DNA of 64,000 nt from an uncultured Acidobacteriota bacterium (GTDB lineage: Bacteria; Acidobacteriota; Vicinamibacteria; Vicinamibacterales; CAVVIG01). The stretch covers positions 2,431 through 66,430 of the forward strand of contig CAWGDD010000009.1 in assembly GCA_963821285.1 (NCBI GenBank). Direction: 5' to 3'. The notes below the pieces were generated by a model that worked only from the letters and a program-made list of their open reading frames with translations, made no database searches and was not told the DNA's origin. Shown piece by piece: positions 35,442 through 43,690 of the stretch (position 1 is its first letter; each line of letters opens with the position of its first letter). The position numbers and the translations under genes are program-made.

Positions 35442-36548
35442 TTACCACCATCGCTTCTGCCAGACGATCTGAACCCCTCCCTGCTGGTCCCAGGTCAGTC
35501 GTCCGTACGGCTGGCGGGCGTAGTAGCTGGCTTTGAGGGTGATTTCGCGCGTGAGGCGGTACCGCGCGGTGAGTTCGTTGGCGAGCAGGCGGGGCTGCGC
35601 GCGGAAGATCGCGCCGGTTCCCGCGATCGGTGCGTCCGTGCCTTCGTGCCGGCCGCCAATCGACCAGCGCGGGCTGATCGTCTGGGTCGCCTGGATGAAC
35701 CACGCGTAGGCGGCGGCGTCGAGTTCCGGGATGGCGAAGCTGTCGCGCACGAATTCGCCGGTCACCTTTGTGTACCGCACGGCGTAATCGCCCTCGAACC
35801 CGATGAGCGTCACCGTGCGATCGCCGCGCACCGCGTTGGCGTTCAGCTCCTCGTCCTCGAGAAATGTGCCGTGGGCGAACGACACGCCAAAGCGCAGGCC
35901 CGTCGTGGGCGTGATGCCGGCGCCCGCTTCGAAGACGGGCGTGGAGAGGGGGTTGGTCGCGGCACCGAGGACAAAGCTGCGCACGGGTGCGGAGTTCACG
36001 ACGGCCGCTCGCGCATCCCATCGGGCGGCCGACAGCGTGAGCACTGCGCCGAGTGGATACGTCGACGCCACCGCGGGCCCGCGCGGGCCGCCGGCGTCGA
36101 ACGGCAGCATCGGCGTGAAGTAGCTCGTGTGTCCGGCGATCGTGGGGTTGACGCTCGGGTAGGAATCGAACAGGCCGAGGCCGACGGGCGATGCCATGTA
36201 GCCTGCGTCCACGCGCGTCGCGATCGGTCCCGGCCGCTCGTAGCGCACGCTGGCCTGGTAGAGCTGCGTGTCCCACGCGGGCGGCGGCGCTGTGGGCGGC
36301 GAGGGCCGCGGCAGACGGAACCACGGCCGCACGTAGACCTGCCACCGGTCGCTCAGCTGCACTGTGCCGATGATGTCGACGATGACCTGCGGGCGATCGG
36401 ACACGTTGTCGCCCCTGAACAGATCGAGGCCGACGGTCGTGTCGAGGCTGAACCGCTCGTACGGCGTCTGGGCGGAGGCCGGAACGGCCGACGTCCAGAC
36501 GGCCAGAATCGCCATGCCCGGCAGCAGCCCGACGCGCGCGCTACGCAT
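35442..36548 (-). CDS. Putative outer-membrane beta-barrel (porin-like) protein
   Basis: Signal peptide ...AVPASAQ, alternating beta-strand-like pattern, aromatic C-terminus ...VWQKRWW. 8-nt overlap with the upstream HD-GYP gene. Confidence 0.45.
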   Translation of the reverse strand: MRSARVGLLPGMAILAVWTSAVPASAQTPYERFSLDTTVGLDLFRGDNVSDRPQVIVDIIGTVQLSDRWQVYVRPWFRLPRPSPPTAPPPAWDTQLYQASVRYERPGPIATRVDAGYMASPVGLGLFDSYPSVNPTIAGHTSYFTPMLPFDAGGPRGPAVASTYPLGAVLTLSAARWDARAAVVNSAPVRSFVLGAATNPLSTPVFEAGAGITPTTGLRFGVSFAHGTFLEDEELNANAVRGDRTVTLIGFEGDYAVRYTKVTGEFVRDSFAIPELDAAAYAWFIQATQTISPRWSIGGRHEGTDAPIAGTGAIFRAQPRLLANELTARYRLTREITLKASYYARQPYGRLTWDQQGGVQIVWQKRWW

Positions 36549-38229
36549 GCATGCGCTCGAGCACGACTTCGCCCGTGTCAGAGATCACGCCGGGCAGCAC
36601 CGTCGCGAGAGCGCCGACCGCTTCGGCGTGGAAGGCCGTACCCGCGAAGTGCCAGAGCTCCTGCAGCGCGGCCGTCGGGTGCCGGGCGCCACGGTACGCG
36701 CGGGCCGTCGTCATGGCGTCGTAGGCGTCGGCCACGTGCACGATGTGCGCGGCGATGGGGATCTCGTCCCCGCGCAGTCCGTGGGGGTAGCCGCGTCCAT
36801 CCGGCCGCTCGTGGTGCAGCTCGACAATCGGGATATGGGGCGCGAGGAACGGGACGGACTGCAGGATCCGCGCGCCCGCGCCGGGATGCTGCTTGATGAT
36901 GTCGAACTCGGCGGGCGTCAGCGCCGTGGGCTTGAGCAGCACCGCGTCGGGCACGCCGATCTTGCCGATGTCGTGCAGCAGCGCGCCCAGCCGGATCACT
37001 TCGATTTCCTCGTCGCGCAGGCGAAGCGATCGGCCGATGGCGACCGACAGCACGCTGACGCGCTCGGAGTGTCCTGCCGTGTACGGATCGCGCGCGTCGA
37101 GCGCCATCGCGAGCGCGCGAATCGCCCCCGTGTAGGCGCCCTGCGTCTGATCCTCGGCGGCCGTGACCGACGTGATGAGGGCGTTGAACGTGTCGGTCAG
37201 CTCGTCGATCTCGAGGCTCGACCCGCTCGGCGCCGGCAGGCCGGCCACGTCCCGTGACGCGGCCATGCGCTTCAACGACGTCGAAAGCTGTCCGATCGGC
37301 TCGGTGATCATCCGCGCCAGCCAGAAACTCGCCGCGAGGGCCAGCAGCGTCGCGCCGCCGGCGATGAGCGACAGACGCTGCACGGCCGTCCGCGTCGCGG
37401 CGCGGGAGGAGTCGTCGATCGACGTCAGGGCGTAAAAGCTGGCGCCGTTCACGTCGACCAGGCGGCGGAACGCGTGCGAGTCGCCGTCGAGCGCGATGAT
37501 GCCCCCGGCCGGGGGTGCTGACGCCCATGCGGACTCAAAGGCGCGTGCCGACGCGGGCGAGAGCGTGCTGGCCACGACTCGACCGCCGCTGACGATCGCG
37601 GTGCGCGCACCGGCCAGCGCCGAGAGATCATCGGCGTACCGGCGATCCAGGCCGGTCGCGAGGTAGAGCGCGCCGATTCTCACGCCGTCCAGATCGAACG
37701 GGACCGAGACGACCCGGAACACCGTGCCGTCCACGCGCGCGACGCCGTCCACACGATCGCCCTCGGCGCCGCCGGCGATGCGGACTTCGCGGTCGCGCGG
37801 CCAGAGGGCTGCCAGCCGGCCTGCGGCCGCGAGCGTCCGATGGCGGGTGTCGGTCAGCACGATCGCGTCGGAGTCGATCCGCGCCGCCACTTCCTCGAGC
37901 TGCCGGCCGATCGTCGTCAGCCATTGCTCGCGAACCGCCGGATCGGCGTTCGTCCGGGACTCGGCCGCGTATGTGTCCACGGCGGCCTTGAGCCGCGGGC
38001 TCTCGGCGAGCGCAGCCACCTGCTCGCTGAGCTCGCGCTGTCGCCGGGCCTCGATCGCCGCAAATACCCGCTGGCCGGCCTCGAGGTTGGTCGACACAGA
38101 CTGCCGGACCTGATCGCGGACGCTGGCAGTCACGAGCACGAAGACGCCGACGAGCAGCAGCGCCACCGTCGCGAAGGTGACCGCGAGCGTTTTGACGAGC
38201 AGGCGCGGCGGCCGCCGCCGATCCGTCAC
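36541..38229 (-). CDS. Membrane-anchored sensor with HAMP and HD-GYP (c-di-GMP phosphodiesterase-type) domains
   Basis: HSERV...LLHDIGKIGVPDAVLLKP..LT..E...IK.HP...HHERPDGRGYPHGL. The GTG start overlaps the upstream stop (GTGA). Confidence 0.85.
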   Translation of the reverse strand: MTDRRRPPRLLVKTLAVTFATVALLLVGVFVLVTASVRDQVRQSVSTNLEAGQRVFAAIEARRQRELSEQVAALAESPRLKAAVDTYAAESRTNADPAVREQWLTTIGRQLEEVAARIDSDAIVLTDTRHRTLAAAGRLAALWPRDREVRIAGGAEGDRVDGVARVDGTVFRVVSVPFDLDGVRIGALYLATGLDRRYADDLSALAGARTAIVSGGRVVASTLSPASARAFESAWASAPPAGGIIALDGDSHAFRRLVDVNGASFYALTSIDDSSRAATRTAVQRLSLIAGGATLLALAASFWLARMITEPIGQLSTSLKRMAASRDVAGLPAPSGSSLEIDELTDTFNALITSVTAAEDQTQGAYTGAIRALAMALDARDPYTAGHSERVSVLSVAIGRSLRLRDEEIEVIRLGALLHDIGKIGVPDAVLLKPTALTPAEFDIIKQHPGAGARILQSVPFLAPHIPIVELHHERPDGRGYPHGLRGDEIPIAAHIVHVADAYDAMTTARAYRGARHPTAALQELWHFAGTAFHAEAVGALATVLPGVISDTGEVVLERMHA

Positions 38230-38924
38230 GGCTGGTCCTCGACGGGCACGGTCAGGTTGACCGTGGTGGTCTGGCCCGCGTCGACGCGCACGGTCAGCGT
38301 CCGTTCGCCGACGCGCTCGTGCCACCCGACGAGCGTGTACCGGCCGGCAGGGATGTTGGGCAGCTCGAACGCACCATCGGCCGAGGGAATCGTGAAATAC
38401 GGATGATCGAGGACGAGGATTGAGGCGCTCATGTGCGAGTGGATATCGCAGAACACCTTCACCAGGCCCGGCTTGTTGAAGCGCTGACCGCGCGTCTCGC
38501 CGCGCGGGTACCGGCCCAGGTTGAACGTCGCCGTCGAAGACAGGGAGAACACGTTGTGGAAGAACGGATCACCGTTGGGAAACTCGACCGTCGATCCCCG
38601 CGTGATCGCCAGCACGTGCGGGATGAACGTCTCGTCTTCCTGCCGGAGCTCCGACTTCGTCGTGCGCAGCACGCCGCGGAATCCCACATCCTTCAGGTAG
38701 ACGACGACGTTGCGGATTTCCGGAATGGCGGGGGCCGTGTGCTTGCCGATCGTTCTCGAGGGATAGACGTTGGAGGGCAGCGGCGAGCGGATACGGGCGG
38801 TCAGCCTGACGCGGCCGCTGATCGTACCCGTGCCGGACTGTGCTGTTTGCGCGCGCGGTCCCGCGGTCGCGGCGGCGAGACACATGAGTGCAACGACGTG
38901 CAGCAGCACGACCTGAGAGCGCAC
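38226..38924 (-). CDS. Secreted cupredoxin-like protein with C-terminal CarboxypepD_reg-like segment
   Basis: Signal peptide. GSTVEFPNGDPFFHNVFS and KVFCDIHSHM give an H...C-x2-H-x2-M pattern suggestive of a type-1 Cu site. Also FELPNIPAGRYTLVGWHE. Confidence 0.55.
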   Translation of the reverse strand: MRSQVVLLHVVALMCLAAATAGPRAQTAQSGTGTISGRVRLTARIRSPLPSNVYPSRTIGKHTAPAIPEIRNVVVYLKDVGFRGVLRTTKSELRQEDETFIPHVLAITRGSTVEFPNGDPFFHNVFSLSSTATFNLGRYPRGETRGQRFNKPGLVKVFCDIHSHMSASILVLDHPYFTIPSADGAFELPNIPAGRYTLVGWHERVGERTLTVRVDAGQTTTVNLTVPVEDQP

Positions 38925-38928
38925 CTCG

Positions 38929-41304
38929 TCATTTTACGTCCGCGCCTGTCGCGGCCGGCAGCGCCACGCGTAAAACTTCTGCGAGGGTGTGCACGGGAAT
39001 GAAGCGCATCCCGCGCCTGAGTTCGGGCGGCAGCTCGGCGAGGTCCGGCTCGTTGCGGGCCGGAAGGATGAACTCCTTGATGCCGTGCCGCATGGCCGCG
39101 AGCGCCTTCTCGCGAATCCCGCCGACGGGCAGCACGAGGCCGCTCAGCGTAATCTCGCCCGTCATCGCCACGTCGTCGCGCACCTTCTGCTTCTTCAGCG
39201 CCGACACAATCGCCGTCGCCATCGTTACGCCGGCTGACGGCCCGTCTTTCGGGATCGCGCCGGCCGGCACGTGGACGTGCAGATCGTGGTTGTCGAGGAA
39301 GTCCGCCGGCACGCCGATCTCGGCGGCTTGCGATCGGATGTGGCTGACGGCGGCGCGCGCCGACTCCTGCATCACGGCGCCCAGCTGGCCGGTGAGGATC
39401 ACGTCGTGGTGTCCGGACGGGAGCAGGGTGGCCTCGATGAACAGCACGTCGCCGCCCGTCTCCGTCCAGGCGACGCCGGTGGCCACGCCCGGGCGTGACA
39501 CGCGGAACGCCACCTCGTCGTGGAAGCGCGGCGGGCCCAGGTAGTCGGGGATCGCGTCGGCGCGGACGATCGTCGGCTGCGCGTTCTCCGTCGACGCCGT
39601 GCGCGCGGCGATCTTCCTGGCCACGGCCCCGATGTGGCGCTCGAGGCTGCGAACCCCGGCCTCGCGCGTGTAGTCCAGGATGATGCGCTGGATCGCGGCG
39701 TCCTCGAACGTCACGGACGCAGCCGTCAGGGCATGCTCGTCGAGCTGCCGCGGCACGAGATACCGCGTCGCGATGTGGAGCTTTTCATCCGCCGTGTAGC
39801 CGGCGAGCGAGATGATCTCCATGCGATCGAGGAGCGCCGGGTGTACCGGGCCGAGCTGGTTGGCCGTCGCGATGAACAGCACGCGCGACAGGTCCATGTT
39901 GATTTCGAGGTAATGATCGCGGAACGAGTGGTTCTGCGCCGGGTCGAGCACCTCGAGCAGCGCGGCCGCAGGATCGCCCTGGAACCCGACGCTGAGCTTG
40001 TCGATCTCGTCCAGCATGAACACGGGGTTCATCGCGCCGGCCTGTTTCAGCGCCTGGACGATGCGGCCGGGAATGGAACCGATGTACGTGCGCCGGTGTC
40101 CGCGGATTTCCGCCTCGTCTCTCACGCCGCCGAGCGAGATGCGCACGAACTTCCGGTTCATCGCCCGCGCGATGGACTGGCCGAGCGACGTCTTGCCCAC
40201 GCCCGGCGGCCCGACGAAACACAGGATCGGCCCCTTGATCGAGCCCGCCGACGCGAGGTCCTTCGACTGCCGCGACTTCAGCTTCTGAACGGCCAGGTAC
40301 TCGACGATGCGTTCCTTGACCTTGTCGAGATCGTAGTGATCGTCGTCCAGCACCTGCCGGGCGGCCACCGGATCCAGGCGATCCGCCGTCACCGTGGACC
40401 AGGGCACGTCCAGCACCCAGTCGAGGTACGTGCGGATCATCTGGTGATCGGGCGAAGCCGACGGCGTGCGCTCCAGCCGTTCGACTTCGCGCGCGGCGAC
40501 CGCGGCGACCGCGTCGGGAAGGTGGGCGTCGCGGATCCGCTTGTGGACATCCTCGAAGTCGGTTTTCTCGCCTTCGCCGAGCTCGTCCTGGATGGTCTTG
40601 AGCTGCTGCCGCAGGTAGTACTGACGCTGCGCGTCCGTCATCTCCTCCTGCGTCTCGCTTTCGATCTTGCTCTTGAGCTCGAGCAACGATATCTCCCGGC
40701 TGAGCGCTGTGGTCACCGCCTGCAGCTTCGCGACGAGTTGGTCCGTCTCGAGAATGTTCTGCTTTTCCTCCGCTTTCATGTCGAGCAGGTTGGACAGCAG
40801 GTAGGAGAGGCGCAGCGGCTCGTCGATCCCGCTGACCATCCCGCGAAGGTCCTGCGACAGCCCCGCCGCGATCGACAGGCCGCGCTCGACCAGTTCCTGC
40901 AGCCGGCGGACGTAGGCGTCCACTTCGAGCGTTCGTTCGACGGGCTCGGGGATCGGGTTGACCGTCGCGCGCAGCGAGGCGCCGCTCTTCGTGACGATCT
41001 CCGCCCTGGCCCGCATCAGACCTTCGACGATGATGTGCAGGCCGCCGTTGGGGGCACGGGCCATCTGCCGCACGGCCGCGATCGTCCCGATCCGGCGGAC
41101 GTCGTCCGGTTCTGGGTCCTCGGCCGAGTCGCTGTTCTGAAGCGCCAGAAACAGCAGCCGATCGGTGGCCAGCGCGCGGTTCACCGATTCCATGGAAGCC
41201 GGCCGGTTCACGGCCAGGGGCTGCAGCGTCAAGGGAAAGACGACGATCTGCCTCAGTGCGACGACGGGGAGCTCGCTCGGGTAGGCGCGGACCGATTCGG
41301 CCAT
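38929..41304 (-). CDS. lon: ATP-dependent Lon protease (endopeptidase La)
   Basis: Walker A GPPGVGKTSLG, catalytic PKDGPSAGVTMATA and GG.REK. ATG at 41304 preferred over TTG at 41322. Confidence 0.95.
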   Translation of the reverse strand: MAESVRAYPSELPVVALRQIVVFPLTLQPLAVNRPASMESVNRALATDRLLFLALQNSDSAEDPEPDDVRRIGTIAAVRQMARAPNGGLHIIVEGLMRARAEIVTKSGASLRATVNPIPEPVERTLEVDAYVRRLQELVERGLSIAAGLSQDLRGMVSGIDEPLRLSYLLSNLLDMKAEEKQNILETDQLVAKLQAVTTALSREISLLELKSKIESETQEEMTDAQRQYYLRQQLKTIQDELGEGEKTDFEDVHKRIRDAHLPDAVAAVAAREVERLERTPSASPDHQMIRTYLDWVLDVPWSTVTADRLDPVAARQVLDDDHYDLDKVKERIVEYLAVQKLKSRQSKDLASAGSIKGPILCFVGPPGVGKTSLGQSIARAMNRKFVRISLGGVRDEAEIRGHRRTYIGSIPGRIVQALKQAGAMNPVFMLDEIDKLSVGFQGDPAAALLEVLDPAQNHSFRDHYLEINMDLSRVLFIATANQLGPVHPALLDRMEIISLAGYTADEKLHIATRYLVPRQLDEHALTAASVTFEDAAIQRIILDYTREAGVRSLERHIGAVARKIAARTASTENAQPTIVRADAIPDYLGPPRFHDEVAFRVSRPGVATGVAWTETGGDVLFIEATLLPSGHHDVILTGQLGAVMQESARAAVSHIRSQAAEIGVPADFLDNHDLHVHVPAGAIPKDGPSAGVTMATAIVSALKKQKVRDDVAMTGEITLSGLVLPVGGIREKALAAMRHGIKEFILPARNEPDLAELPPELRRGMRFIPVHTLAEVLRVALPAATGADVK

Positions 41305-41323
41305 CCAATCGAGTTTACTCAAT

Positions 41324-41467
41324 TAGTCAGCAGTCAGCAGTCGGCAGTCGGCAGTCGGCAGTCGGCAGTCGGCAGTCGGCAGTCGGCAGTCGGCAGTCGG
41401 CAGTCGGCAGTCGGCAGTCAGCAGTCGGCAGTGGCAGTCGGCAGTCAGCAGTCGCAGTCAGCAGTCG
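41324..41467 (+). repeat. Heptamer tandem array, about 20 x GCAGTCG (a few 6-nt variants)
   Basis: Read directly. This is the longest array in the window. It starts about 20 nt upstream of the lon ATG. Confidence 0.95.
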
Positions 41468-41535
41468 CGATCGCGCCAGCCCAGCCCGCCAGTCCCCAGC
41501 CCCTGAACCTCCGCCCTCTGTCCCCGTAACCCCTT

Positions 41536-42220
41536 TCAATACACGTAAGGCACGATCCGCCAGCGTACGAGTTGGCGGTATCGGCGGTACGGCTCCCCGA
41601 AGCTCTGCGATGAGGGATCGTTCCTCGAACGGCATCGCGATCAGCAGGTAGAACAGCGAGATTCCCGCGAACATCAGGCGATCGCCGGTCATGTGGGCCG
41701 GGCCGAAGGTGGCGAGCAGCCAGCCGAGGTAGAGCGGATGGCGCACCCAGCGGTACGGGCCGCGAAATTGCAGCGCATCGGCAGCGGGATGGGGACGAAT
41801 GCCGGCCAGGTCCAGCGCATCGATCGCCCGGACGGCGCTCGCGATGATCAGCACGCCTGCGACCTGGACCGCGGCCAGCGCCATCGCCGGCCAGCCACGG
41901 GCGTCGGTAGATCTCGCCGCCGACAGGCTGCCACGCCGCGCAGACGGCGACGAGCAGGAGGCTCGCGAGCCCAGACGTAGACCGACCGCAGCAGACGTTC
42001 CGGAACCACGCGTGCCAGCCAGCGCTTCGCGGGGTCGCGCGCAAACACGCTGTGGTGAGCGGCGAAGGCCGTAAAGAGGGCCGCGTCCATCCAGATCGCC
42101 GGAGGCGTCAAACGGCGCGGGCCGGTTCCACACGGCAACAAACGTGTAGCCGCAGTAGAGCAGGGCGCCGACGAACACCGCGCCGCCCGTCCACAGAATC
42201 GCGCGCTCCAACGTCTTCAT
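41536..42220 (-). pseudogene. ICMT/NnrU-type membrane methyltransferase, reading frame broken about 4 times
   Basis: Plausible protein segments lie in three frames. They read MKTLERAILWTGGAVFVGALLYCGYTFVAVWN, then AIWMDAALFTAFAAHHSVFARDPAKRWL, then LASLLLVAVCAAWQPVGGEIY, then WPAMALAAVQVAG...RWVRHPLYLGW...PFEERSLIAE, then FGEPYRRYRQLVRWRIVPYVY-stop. Confidence 0.6.
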
Positions 42221-42223
42221 CTC

Positions 42224-42279
42224 AGAACCTTGAACCTTGAACCCTGAACCCTGAACCCGGAACCTTGAACCCGGAACCT
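42224..42279 (+). repeat. Heptamer tandem array, 8 x TGAACCY/GGAACCT
   Basis: Read directly. It fills the divergent gap between the start at 42220 (minus) and the ATG at 42298 (plus). Confidence 0.95.
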
Positions 42280-42297
42280 TGTATTGTAGAACCTGCC

Positions 42298-43575
42298 ATG
42301 CATCACTCGGACCAGCCACGCGTCGTGATCACCGGCATCGGCGTCGTCTCGCCGTTTGGCGTGGGGCGCGAGCGCTTCTGGGATCACGTGCGCCGCGGCT
42401 GCAGCGGCACCCGCACGATCACCGAGTTCGACGCGTCGACGTTCGGGTGCCAGGTCGCGGCGCCTGCGAGCGGCGTCACGATCGACGATGTGCCGGCGTT
42501 CGAGGGAGAGGACGTCTGGGACCCGGACTACCGGGCGGACCCCAAGCGGTATTCGCGGGCGGCGCTCATCGGCGTCATCGCCGCGCGCGAAGCCTGGAGC
42601 GACGCCGGCCTGCGCATCGGCGAACCGGGCGCGGGCGTCATCGTCGGCAGCGGCGGCGGGGGTATCGATGTCGGCGAGCGGCAGTACGCAGACTTCTTCG
42701 GCGCGCGTGAACGGAAGGTGACGCCGTATGCGATCCCCGTGTCGATCGTCGGCATGGTGTCGAGCGAGATTTCGATCTCGCTGCGTCTCCGCGGCGTGAG
42801 CCACGTGCTGTCGTGCGGATGCACCAGCTCGACGGACGCCATCGGATACGCGGCGGCGCAGATCCGCGCCGGCGAGGCCGACGTCCTGTTGTCGGGCGGC
42901 ACCGACGCGTGCGTGACGCCGGGGATGATCTTCGGCTTCTCGCGGATGAAGGTCGTGTCCACGGCGTACAACGACGCGCCCGGCAGCGCCTCGCGGCCGT
43001 TCGATCGCGGGCGGGACGGGTTCGTGCTGGGCGAGGGCGCGTGGATGGTGGTGCTCGAGCGCGAGGACCGCGCGCGGGCGCGGGGCGCGCGTGTCTACGC
43101 GTCGATCGACGGCTACGGATCGACGTGCGACGCGTACCACCGCGTCCAGATGGCGCCGGACGGACGCGAGATCGTGCGGGCGATCGGCCTGGCGCTCGAG
43201 CGGTCGGGGCGTTCGCGCGACGAGATCGGCTACGTGAGCTATCACGGGACATCGACGGTGCTCAACGACGCCGTCGAGGCGCGGTGCGTGCGCGAGGTGT
43301 TCGGCGGCCATGCCGAGCGGCTCGCGGGCTCCTCGGTAAAATCGATGATCGGGCACCCGCAGGGTGCGAGCGGATCGGCCGGCGTCGTGACGGCGGCCCT
43401 CGCGCTGGCGCGGGGCTATTTCCCGCCCACGATCAACCAGCACCACCCCGATCCCGCCTGCGATCTCGACTTCGTCCCGAACACCGGCCGCGAGGCGCAC
43501 GCCGAGGCCGCGCTGTGCAACTGCCTCGGCTTCGGATCGAAAAACAGCGCGCTCGTCATCGGAGCCGCGCGGTGA
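42298..43575 (+). CDS. Beta-ketoacyl-ACP synthase family protein (FabF/KAS II-type condensing enzyme)
   Basis: VVITGIGVVSPFG, active-site Cys in SCGCTSS, His in SYHGTST and IGHPQGASG, C-terminus GFGSKNSALVIG. Confidence 0.9.
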   Translation: MHHSDQPRVVITGIGVVSPFGVGRERFWDHVRRGCSGTRTITEFDASTFGCQVAAPASGVTIDDVPAFEGEDVWDPDYRADPKRYSRAALIGVIAAREAWSDAGLRIGEPGAGVIVGSGGGGIDVGERQYADFFGARERKVTPYAIPVSIVGMVSSEISISLRLRGVSHVLSCGCTSSTDAIGYAAAQIRAGEADVLLSGGTDACVTPGMIFGFSRMKVVSTAYNDAPGSASRPFDRGRDGFVLGEGAWMVVLEREDRARARGARVYASIDGYGSTCDAYHRVQMAPDGREIVRAIGLALERSGRSRDEIGYVSYHGTSTVLNDAVEARCVREVFGGHAERLAGSSVKSMIGHPQGASGSAGVVTAALALARGYFPPTINQHHPDPACDLDFVPNTGREAHAEAALCNCLGFGSKNSALVIGAAR

Positions 43576-43583
43576 ACGGCGAA

Positions 43584-43690
43584 TTTAGTCATCTGGTCAT
43601 CTCGTCATCTGGTCTTCGTTTTGAAATTGCCCAGATTTCAAAATTGATCAGCAATGACCAGATGACCAGAATGACCGAGATGACCAGATG
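43584..43690. repeat. Composite palindromic element, copy A: 8-mer array (GTCATCTG x3), AT-rich palindromic core (TTTTGAAATT...AGATTTCAAAATT), inverted 8-mer array (CAGATGAC-type x4)
   Basis: Homologous to 63879-63984. The right end contains the ATG (43688) of the downstream gene. Confidence 0.9.

Noticed and set aside
38929-41322. Heat-shock control element (CIRCE-type inverted repeat) upstream of lon
   Set aside because: The upstream sequence is occupied by the heptamer array. No TTAGCACTC-N9-GAGTGCTAA-like inverted repeat is present.
41324-41467. Repeat arrays (this one and all the others) as CRISPR arrays
   Set aside because: Units are 7-9 nt and directly contiguous with no spacers. CRISPR repeats are about 24-48 nt and are separated by unique spacers. 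No cas genes are in the window.
41327-42319. The 330-aa ORF as one intact protein with a long C-terminal SAVG/TADCRLP repeat
   Set aside because: The middle of the translation is out-of-frame-looking (R/S/A-rich), while conserved membrane-protein segments appear in the other two frames. The canonical family C-terminus FGEPYRRYRQLVRWRIVPYVY-stop is in a different frame. The repeat tail is read-through into the heptamer array.
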